The notes under the pieces were generated by a model. It had not been told where the DNA came from and did not search any database. It saw only the letters and a list, made by a program, of their open reading frames with translations. A DNA stretch of 20,000 nt from Hydrurus foetidus (lineage: Eukaryota). Positions 1 through 8,901 of the stretch are shown piece after piece (the stretch's first letter is position 1; every line of letters begins with the position of its first letter). The stretch is from assembly GCA_900617105.1 (NCBI GenBank), contig UYFQ01000590.1, forward strand, positions 57,210-77,209, written 5' to 3'. A program made the position numbers and the translations under genes.

Positions 1-885
1 GATCGTCAAAAGTTGGGACTGAAGGAATCGTCCTCGCACTCAAAATATTTTTTCGAAGTCAACCAAGAACTCAATTTAGCGACTGCAATCGAAAGCGATG
101 GGTGAATTGTTGAAAAGCTCCATACTGCGAGCAATTTGCAAAGCGCCAACTTTGGAGTCATATTGAGTACTGATTTCTTGCATTTCTGGCAACTGGATGA
201 CACATTGCTCCGCAAAAGTGCAAGCCACTGGTCTATTCGCATTTGACAAGGAAATCAAAGTTAAAAAGGGAGCGACTTTACAAATGCGCCGGAATCCCCA
301 AATGAGCAAGATTAGATATTTCCGAAACCCGCTGTACTCGGTGGCGTCATTCAATATTGTGACTTTAATGTGCTTTTCATCCCCAGAAGATGAGCACTTA
401 GATATTTCAAATACGAGCACTCTCGTGTTATTCAGGCGGACAACATTCAGCCCCCAGATTCAAAACACAAGTACGATCACCTCGTGTGAAAGGCGGATTG
501 AACATTGAGCACTTTGAGCCAATGATATCGGTAACATGTCCCGATGAGTTTTCATCAAAATTTGCGCCTATATTTGATCAGTACTAATTCAAAAGACCGT
601 AAATATCAATTTTCATCTCTATTATTCTGACACTAATCACAGTAGACATGGGTATCAAATAGAATTTAGTGCTGTCCGACTGTTCATCCGAATTCAATGA
701 ACAATTATATCACTTCATCGCTGCCGACTTGCAACCCTCTATGATCTGACGTTTGACTGCATTTCTCATTTTAGATTATCAAAATCAAATTAAGTAAGGA
801 GCCAAAAAAATGTGAACCACGAAGCAATTTCTTAATTAGCCTGCGATGCTTCAAAGGTGTAGTCTAATATTAATCTCATCGCCGA
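1..885 (+). repeat. Direct repeat of 6823-7671 (3' region of a probable DNA transposon), indel-rich copy, runs off window start
   Basis: Position 1 (gatcgtcaaaagttggga) aligns to 6823 and the match continues to gccga at 881-885 = 7667-7671. This copy has many 1-4 nt deletions and a scrambled ~60 nt stretch near 385-450. Confidence 0.95.
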
Positions 886-1093
886 TGTAGTCCGGATAGG
901 AAAGTAGGTCGATAGAGTGGAGGTGATAGTTAGTTACAGGCTCTAAGCTAGAAGCTAGGATATTTTCTACGAGTAGGCTAGAGCTAGCTAGCAGCCGTGC
1001 TGGAGATGTATGTGTACAGTAGGCGGTAGGATCGGATGGATCGGGACTAGGTCCGGTACGGCCCGTAGGCCCGGTATAGCCGATCCGACCACA
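886..1093 (-). repeat. LTR (208 bp) of the second Gypsy element
   Basis: TG...CA termini with imperfect terminal inverted repeats (TGTGGTCGGAT vs TGTAGTCCGGAT). Bounded by a PPT on one side and the insertion breakpoint on the other. Confidence 0.85.
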
Positions 1094-1113
1094 TACCCCA
1101 CTTATCTTTTTTC
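1094..1113 (-). promoter_or_regulatory. Polypurine tract (PPT) of the second Gypsy element
   Basis: Minus-strand GAAAAAAGATAAGTGGGGTA immediately precedes the LTR TG. Confidence 0.8.
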
Positions 1114-1411
1114 GAAGAAAAAGAACCTATGATGCGACCGCCACGTTTTGTACAAAAATCTAATAAGGCTAAAACTAACTAAAGGAAGAATAAGGAAGAT
1201 TACAAAAATGTAAATCTCAAAAAATTTAAATTTATAAAAATAAAAATCTATACAAATAGACTGGGTGGTGGGTCGGTCTAAGGCGATAAGGTGGGTGCCT
1301 AGTACCATGTACGTGCGCACGAGACCTCGATACGTACTGACTAAAATTTTAAAACCTCATAGAGGGAAAATTAAGAAAAATCTTCAAAAGATAATACGTT
1401 CGAGATCAGCA

Positions 1412-1789
1412 CTTCAGAATCGTCTGTAGAGTATGACACGAGTGCCTTTCTCAATTCGAGCACGTTTATCCTTTTTGCAGCCTCCTCGTATACATCCTTC
1501 TCTGCTTCGGGCATATTGTCCCATGACTGAATTTTGGCTTGGGTAGAGTTCTTCACAGATTGCAGCGGGGCGCCGCCATTGACTTTTATTATGCCCCGAG
1601 GTGCGTTCGCAGTCATTTCAGCTTGAGTATGCGGATATGAATGCTTCAGCTCCATGATCTTTTTGCCAAACAACCGCATCTTCGCCACCGTGGGAACCTT
1701 GACTCTTCCGTCGACTGTTACTGTACTTGCAAGCTTTATCCCATAATCACGAAGACTCTTTAGATATAAACTTTGATTCCTTGTTCCAC
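1412..1789 (-). repeat. 378-bp inverted duplicate of 4331-4708 (fragment of the hAT-like transposase gene)
   Basis: Base-by-base comparison gives 377/378 identity. The only difference is G1562 (CAA on minus) versus T4558 (TAA). This explains ORF 1371..1688. Confidence 0.97.
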
Positions 1790-1840
1790 TTTGATGAAAT
1801 ATATATCAAATATGTGCTAAATATTTATTAAGATATCACG

Positions 1841-4800
1841 ATGGAAGATAAAGACCTTTGGATTAGCAGATTGCGAAACCGAGTCAATTACAGCAATATG
1901 TCATCAAAGAAATCAAGACTGTCCTTTGACGAGGAAGTCAACGATGCACGAAGCATTGGGAGCAAAATTGTTGAACTCATCAACAAGGTTGGAGCTTACA
2001 ATGAGAACATTAATGGGGAGGAATGTCTCTCTATTGTTAGTGGACTTCTCATTCAGGATCTGATATCGAATTGCGGGTGCTCAGTTGAAAAGCTACCTAT
2101 GATAATTGGTACAGTTCTGACAATGCTGTTCGGCGAAATTGATGAGGACACATATTCCATACTGGTGAAAGCACACAGCACATACGCATTGGCATCAGAA
2201 AGAACCTCACTAGTAGCTGTTCTCGAAGTTAAGAAGCGTTTCGCGGACAGGGATGCAGAAAACAGAGTGCTCTATTCATGGCTCATATTAGATGCGAGCA
2301 ATAAGAAGGGCAAGGGGTGCGTTGGGAAGATAGTGATGTTTGTAGGCTTTGATGGTATCGTGCATCAACTCGCACTTCGTCTTGATACGACTGTAACGAA
2401 GAAAGCATTGGGGAGTTCTAGAATAACTATTGAGAGTTTGGAGACAGAAGTGGCTGACGGTATCGTGTGGATTATGGGAATCACAACAGACGCATTTGGG
2501 GCAGCCGTTGAGGGGGCCGCTTTGGTATTAAAGCACATAGATGAACGGGCAAGTCAGATATACCTGAGATCACCTGATCTGCTACATAGAAGAAGTGCCA
2601 TTATTCCTGGACTGATATATAAATACGGTGGAAGATTTAGAGAATTATGTGTCAGGACATGCCAGATGCATAACTTCGAGAGGATATTAGCTAACATGAT
2701 CAGTACATTAATGGGTAACCAGGGCTTAGCATATGACATGACGACTGCACAGAACTTGTACCGTTTGAACTATTACTGGATAAAGTTCAGAGCAATGGTT
2801 AATACACTAACAGTAGAGTCAGTAGGAGGGAATCCAGAACTATTTAACAATGCTCCTGAGGAAATCAGAAATTCAATTGGTTCGGTGAATGCAACCAGGT
2901 GGTTGTCAACGGAAAGGACAAGTGACCACATGTTTCAAACACTATCTGTTCCTGCCTCTGACAGTCTAACTAAATTCATATGTGATTACTTTGGGGAACC
3001 TGATTCTGAGAACTGGTTACTTGCGAAGCAGTACTGCACATGCATCAATTCCGAAGAGCTGTCTCATATAATGCTATTCTTTTGGTATCTAGCGAATAAC
3101 ACGCCTGGTGGAAAGAAAGGTGAAGGGGCAGTCGGGTGTCTTAGTGTTCTGGGATTCCTTGGGAGTCCTTACCAAAGAATTACGATAATGATCGTTGCTT
3201 CCTTATATCCAATACATCTCGCTTGGGTGAAATTTTCTGACAAACCGGCCGAGATCAGAATCAAACCTAAATGCGCCAGCACAAGATCGATTGAGGGAGT
3301 TAGGTTTGATAGGTTTTTCCTTGAATCTATGTTACAATTGTCGAGCAATTGGGGGAGTTCTTGCCGGATGCTTTGACATTTCTCCGACGAGAGGCAGAAC
3401 GAGCAGAAGTATTGGAGCTCGTTAAAAATAAGGAAGAAGTGATAAACTTCTTCGATAGTCTCATGAAGAAAGGCCACTCAACGATTATGTCCTTGACGCT
3501 CAAATACTTCTTTTGCCCTGGACTTCGACCAGCATGGTCTATACTTCAGGTCGTAGATCCTTATGTTGGTCCTGCCGCAGCAACGGCTATTTTATCAGCA
3601 CTAAAGTCATTGAAAATTATTGACATTGACACTCATGAGAGTCCCGTAGAAGTTCCGCACTATTCAAATGATACGCGTATGGTAATCGATGAGAGAAATA
3701 TTGATGGGGAAGATGAGCACACTGACAGTAGTACAGATGATGATGAGGGATCAAATGCGAGCGAAACGGATGGGGAACAGACATTAAACGATATGATACC
3801 GCAAGTGGGAGAAGCTTCAGATACATGTTGGAGCACAGGTTCCAAGACCCATGCCGCACCAACAGTGCTTATGTCAGAGTATGGAAAAATCATTAAAGAT
3901 GGATTCTTAAATGCTCCACTAGAAAATGTCAAAGGAATAGTGGACGCTTATGGGTTATCCCACAGAGCTGAAGTGACAGAATTGATGAAGCTATCGAATG
4001 GATTACTAGTTAAATACCTGAACGAAAGAATTGATGACTGGCAATCACATACACATGTAAGCCCAGAGTATTGGGACTTGTTCAGAGAGTTCTTCCCTGC
4101 TGTCGCAGACTTACTGACAGTGAACTTTGAAGCGCGATCGATAACAGGAACACCTGTAGAACAGACCTTCTGTCTGACCGCAACTCAAATAAGAGCGAAT
4201 CAATCTGCAGACACGAATGCCAAAAACATGAATCACGCATCAAGTATAAGGGGTGCAATTAGTAGGGAAATGACAGACTTTGAAGATTCGCATGATTCAA
4301 ATAACAAGAGGAGAAGAAAACATCTGCTACGTGGAACAAGGAATCAAAGTTTATATCTAAAGAGTCTTCGTGATTATGGGATAAAGCTTGCAAGTACAGT
4401 AACAGTCGACGGAAGAGTCAAGGTTCCCACGGTGGCGAAGATGCGGTTGTTTGGCAAAAAGATCATGGAGCTGAAGCATTCATATCCGCATACTCAAGCT
4501 GAAATGACTGCGAACGCACCTCGGGGCATAATAAAAGTCAATGGCGGCGCCCCGCTGTAATCTGTGAAGAACTCTACCCAAGCCAAAATTCAGTCATGGG
4601 ACAATATGCCCGAAGCAGAGAAGGATGTATACGAGGAGGCTGCAAAAAGGATAAACGTGCTCGAATTGAGAAAGGCACTCGTGTCATACTCTACAGACGA
4701 TTCTGAAGCACGCTCAAGAATAAATAAGATGCCACGAGGCGAAAGTAGCTTGGTACCTAATAGTTTGTTGAATCTCATTGTGACATACTGGAAAGACCAT

Positions 4801-5028
4801 TTCGACTCGCCTCCAGAACCAGATAGAACTACTCCTCAACTGAACACTGAGCAAAAGGAGATTTTCAGGATGACTGTTGCTGCTCTTCGAGAGGTTTTAA
4901 TCGAAACATACGCTGGCGATTCGGACAGATGCATGAGAGTCAGAAGAGCTCAGAAAGGAAACTTCTCCGCGCCTGACTCACTCGATAGCATGTATTATGA
5001 TGTTAGGCGGGAGAATACGACCTCCTGA
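1841..5028 (+). pseudogene. hAT-superfamily DDE transposase, split into three ORFs (~1062 aa when rejoined)
   Basis: Motifs in hAT order: WLILD (D at 2291), GITTD (D at 2489), CQMH = CxxH (2660-2671), TRWLS (2894-2908), an acidic insert, then YWDLFREFFPAVADLL...TGTPVEQTFC (E at 4159), resembling the hAT C-terminal dimerisation region. Breaks are a missing G in the G5 run at 3351-3355 and TAA at 4558-4560. Confidence 0.8.
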
Positions 5029-6822
5029 TCAGAAATATTGTGATGATTTGATTTGTTGATGATGATAGGAAGAAGTGGTGCTGAACAGTCCACCAATATC
5101 CGTTACTTTCTTGATTTCGTAACATAAAAAAAGTGTCATAAGTCAAATAACAACTTTTAAATTACCTTCGTGAAAGTCAACACTTGCACTTCGACAATAT
5201 TTGTATTTCTGAACGAAGACGCTACTCATAAGTGTGCGGTTCGAATGCTCTGAGAAGTTATGGGTTAAGAGCCACAAGAGATGTGAGAGTTAAATAAAAA
5301 CTTATTTTTACTTCACAGGCAGAATAAAACGATCCCATTGTGCACTGTAAATAAAGTCCTTATCAGATCTAAACAGAAATCTCTAACAAATCTAGACAGA
5401 TACATGATTTGGCTTTGTTCACCGAAGCGAGATCCTCTTCGTATCAGCTGCTTTTATCCACCACCCAGCGGTCATGTCTATTCTTTTCACACTGACCGCT
5501 AGGATTTGACTTTCCTCCCCGCTGAAATCAATGCAACTTGTAATAAGAATGATAGAAAATCAAAGACGTCCCAATACTGGTCAAAAACAGTACTTCATAA
5601 CGCTAATATTGATTAAACCTATGCATTACTATCACAAGAGTAAAAAATAATAATGTCAATTTGTAACGAGAATATAGTTGAGCGGAGCACGATAGCGGAA
5701 AAGCTTTTTAGACTACGTAGCATATCGGTCGCAAAAGGTGACCTTGTGAATCAATTTATCCACGATAATGGAAGATAAAAGGTTCTTCAAAATTCTCCCA
5801 AAAAAATAGGGACATCAGGTGCTGAGAATCAGCAACCTCACCTTGCCATGTAGAATTGAAAGTTGCAGCTGCTTCATCAAGCACTTTGAGCGATTCGCCA
5901 TCAATATAATCACCTGAATCGGTTGAGAGAAGCGATTTCTATGGTTAGCAAAATTCGACTTCAAATGATGTCAGCGCCGATGGATGTAAAAAGGGCCAGG
6001 ACAACAAAATGCAACATTTTATGACATGGGCGTGCAGCTCATGACGTCCAGAAAAGGAATCAATGATCAGAATTCCACCAACCTATGTGCGAGTTGAGTT
6101 GTGCTCTTCGGTAGTATATTGCGATTGAGATCGTGAAGGACTTCGAGAGTTGAGAAACACTTCGTCTGCCCTGAAAGTTCCTTTTTTTTCATTTACCGGA
6201 TACGGAAAACGGCGATTAAACTGTTGAATTTGATATTATGGCTTTCTAGCATATACTTACAATAAATTTTTTTATTTACAACTTTCTTGAGATTGTTTCC
6301 GACTAAACGCTGTGCCCTCTCTCGAATGCACCATTCAGAATTTTTTGGATCAATCGGCGAAAAAAGTTGTGATGGGATGCCAAAAAGACCGTCGGGGACC
6401 AAGAATTTACTATTCCAACCGATCTCTACGGGCTGATGGCACCTATAGGGATAACAATTTTCAAAATCGTCGGAACACATCTTTGGCCGAACGGTTTCTG
6501 CTTCTTGGCCGCTCAAAAGAACCGAAATCGAATTCTGCATCGTTATCCCTGCAATTCTAGCTCGAGCTCCGTATTATTTGTCATCTCTTATATTACCGTC
6601 TCCGACCATATGTTTTATTTTTTTGAGTGAGAGGGATGGAATACCGTTTCATTTTGTCGCGTCAATACACGGTGACAATTGATCAACTTATCACGACGTT
6701 CACATCCCAAGTAACATCACTACGACAACAGTAATTTGGCAATCGTACTACTTTTTCTTGCAACGAGTACAGTGGAGTGTCCTCCGACAGCGCAGAAAAA
6801 TTGGTGTCATTGCGAGGTAAAT

Positions 6823-7671
6823 GATCGTCAAAAGTTGGGACTTCCGAAGGAATCGTCCTCGCACTCAAAATATTTTTTCGAAGTCATACCAAGAACTCAA
6901 TTTAGCGACTGCAATCGAAAGCGATGGGCGAATTGTTGAAAAGCTCCATACTGCGAGCAATTTGCGAATTTGCGCCAACTTTGGAGTCATATTGAGTACT
7001 GATTTCTTGCATTTCAACATGGCAACGTAGGATGACACCATTGCTCCGCATAAAGTGCAAGGCGACTGGTCTTTTCGCATTTGACAAGGAAATCAAAGTT
7101 AAAAAGGGAGCGATTTAAGAAATGCGCCGGAATCCCCAGAATGAGCACGATTAGATATTTCCGAAACCCGCTGTACTCGGTGGCGTTATTCAATATTGTG
7201 ACCAATGTCAACTTTTTCATCCCCCAGATTCAAACTGCACACAAGTACGAGCACCTCGTGTGAAAGGCGGATTGAACATTGAGCACTTTGAGCCAAATGA
7301 GCATATCGGTCACATGTCCCGAGAGTTTTCATCAAAATTTGCGCCTATATTTGATCAGTACTCTAATTCAAAAGATGCCGTAAATTTCAATTTTCATCTC
7401 TATTATTCTGACACTAATCACAGTAGACATGGGTATCAAATAGATATTTTAGTGCTGTCCGACTGTTCATCCGAATTCAATGAACAATTATATCAGCAAT
7501 TCATCGCTGCCGACTTGCAACCCTCTATGATCTGACGTTTGACTGCATTTCTCATTTTAGATTATCAAAATCAAATTAAGTAAGGAGCCAAAAAAATGTG
7601 AACCACGAAGCAATTTCTTAATTAGCCTGCGATGCTTCAAAGGTGTAGTCTAATATTAATCTCATCGCCGA
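6823..7671 (+). repeat. Second, cleaner copy of the 1-885 repeat; contains the empty site for the LTR at 886
   Basis: Direct alignment to 1-885. It continues gccga|tgacgcatc where the first copy reads gccga|tgtagtcc. Confidence 0.95.
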
Positions 7672-7953
7672 TGACGCATCATCATCACTGTCATAGTCTA
7701 GCATGTCATTTATAGCATCGACAATTTCAGAATTTTCATTAGTTTTAACAGATGGTATAGTGCTTGTATGCGGTAGTATGATTGTACCAGATGTTTTTTA
7801 TATCGTATAAGGGTGGAACATCGCAGCTGAATTATCACTATTGTACAGAGGCATACATCCAGTACTAATAAATGATCTTACAATTCCGTTAACAAACTTA
7901 GGCTCCTTAAAACCGTTTTCAAACAAATCAAATAAGTCCTGGACAGCTACCAT
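7618..7953 (-). pseudogene. 3' end of a probable pogo/Tc1-mariner (DDE_1-type) transposase, 5'-truncated by the Gypsy LTR
   Basis: The minus frame reads MVAVQDLFDLFENGFKEPKFVNGIVRSFISTGCMP...HPYTI*KTSGTII...DYDSDDDASSAMRLILDYTFEASQAN*, with one internal TAA (7798-7800). IxxSFxxTGxxP followed by an acidic tail resembles pogo-type C-termini. No catalytic residues are in view. Confidence 0.45.
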
Positions 7954-8161
7954 TGTGGCTCCCTCAGGGTCTGCTACCCCATTCAGCCGATTAGATGCTG
8001 TTTCCACCTTAGTACCTTCGTGTTCACAGCCACGACTATCAGTCACTAGCTAGTTTGTGCTGCTTTGCAGAAGTTACTAGCGTACCTTCTGTTTGCATCC
8101 CTAACGAACAAGCTCCTTTTAGCCTTTAGACTTCCCTTCTTTCTAGCCCTCAAAGGTCACA
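7954..8161 (+). repeat. 5' LTR (208 bp)
   Basis: TGTGGCTCCC...AAAGGTCACA; 204/208 identical to 18558-18765. Confidence 0.97.
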
Positions 8162-8252
8162 GTAGATCTACTTCCTTTAGTTACTCTTCTTTAGACCCTA
8201 TCCTCCTACTCTAAGCTACCATCCTCTACGCTACCCTGCTGCCCTAACTCTC

Positions 8253-8601
8253 CCGATTACCTGCGTGGAGAATCTCGAATTTTATTCGAAATTCTCGTTT
8301 ACGAGCAATTCTTACTATCGCGAGCAAGTCTCCGAAGTCTGGTCGCCGTAAACATAGTCACTCGGAATCTCCCGATACTTGACTGTCTTGTGGTTGCTTG
8401 AGTTTCATCTCAGCAATCCCATACCGATTACCTGCGTGGAGAATCTCGAATTTTATTCGAAATTCTCGTTTGCGAGCAATTCTTACTATCGCGAGCAAGT
8501 CTCCGAAGTCTGGTTGCCGTAAACTTAGTCACTCGGATTGAGATTTCTCTCCCGATACTTGACTGTCTTGTGGTTGCTTGAGTTTCATCTCAGCAATCCC
8601 A
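8253..8601 (+). repeat. Two-copy ~170-180 bp tandem repeat in the Gypsy 5' leader, with hairpins
   Basis: Units start ccgattacctgcgtgg at 8253 and 8424 (period 171); unit 2 is 9 nt longer. Each contains GAGAATCTCGAAT-TTT-ATTCGAAATTCTC. Confidence 0.95.
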
Positions 8602-8901
8602 AATTTTTGTGCAGAGTTAACTCAGTTAACTTCTGCCCATCTTCCGCCTCAAGCTTTGCTTGGCTGACGTCCGTGGATAGCTTCGTCTTCCACGCCGTTC
8701 TCGTGGTTGGTCGAGCAAGTCTCCCAATCCCGGCTTATTCTGTACGGATTGATCCATTCATCCGTCCAGACCTTACTTGACTTATTTGACTTCGCCTAAT
8801 CGTCTGTTTGATTTTCATCCAAACGGCACGAGGCGAAGCCCTTGCAAATTTTTTTTGGCGACTCTAGCCATTTAAATTGTCAAGACATAAGTCATCTAAC
8901 G

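Larger units (their letters stand above)
886..1411 (-). mobile_element. Truncated 3' end of a second Ty3/Gypsy LTR retrotransposon (3'UTR + PPT + 3' LTR)
   Basis: On the minus strand a purine tract GAAAAAAGATAAGTGGGGTA abuts TGTGG...CTACA, like GAGATAAGTAGGGGTAG-TGTGG in the full element. It shares three ordered 3'UTR motifs with 18206-18325 and interrupts the 1-885 repeat exactly where the other copy continues. Confidence 0.85.

Noticed and set aside
385..450. Apparent ~60-nt insertion in the first repeat copy
   Set aside because: Made of scrambled pieces of neighbouring sequence (gatgagcac, ttagatatttc, tacgagcac, aggcgga), so most likely consensus noise.
4558..4560. TAA-to-Gln genetic code reassignment
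   Set aside because: The inverted copy has CAA at this site, the Gln-rich Gag uses CAA/CAG with no internal TAA, and pol ends in TAA right after the chromodomain.
5757..5780. ATGGAAGATAAA shared with the transposase start at 1841
   Set aside because: Only about 12 bp match, with no extended alignment or ORF; compatible with chance.
6161..6181. Possible hAT right terminus (CAGGGCAGACGAA on minus, ending 6173)
   Set aside because: It begins with CAGGG like many hAT TIRs, but no partner TIR or TSD is found in the window.
6590..6655. TA-CCGT sequences as possible pogo-type termini
   Set aside because: Two equally weak candidates and no partner end available to test.
6193..7535. Cluster of 60-115 aa ORFs on both strands
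   Set aside because: No recognisable motifs, mutually overlapping, mostly non-ATG starts, and frames are not preserved in the 1-885 copy (though that copy is noisy).
8253..8601. CRISPR-like repeat with palindromes
   Set aside because: Only two long units with no unique spacers, inside a retrotransposon leader in a eukaryotic context.
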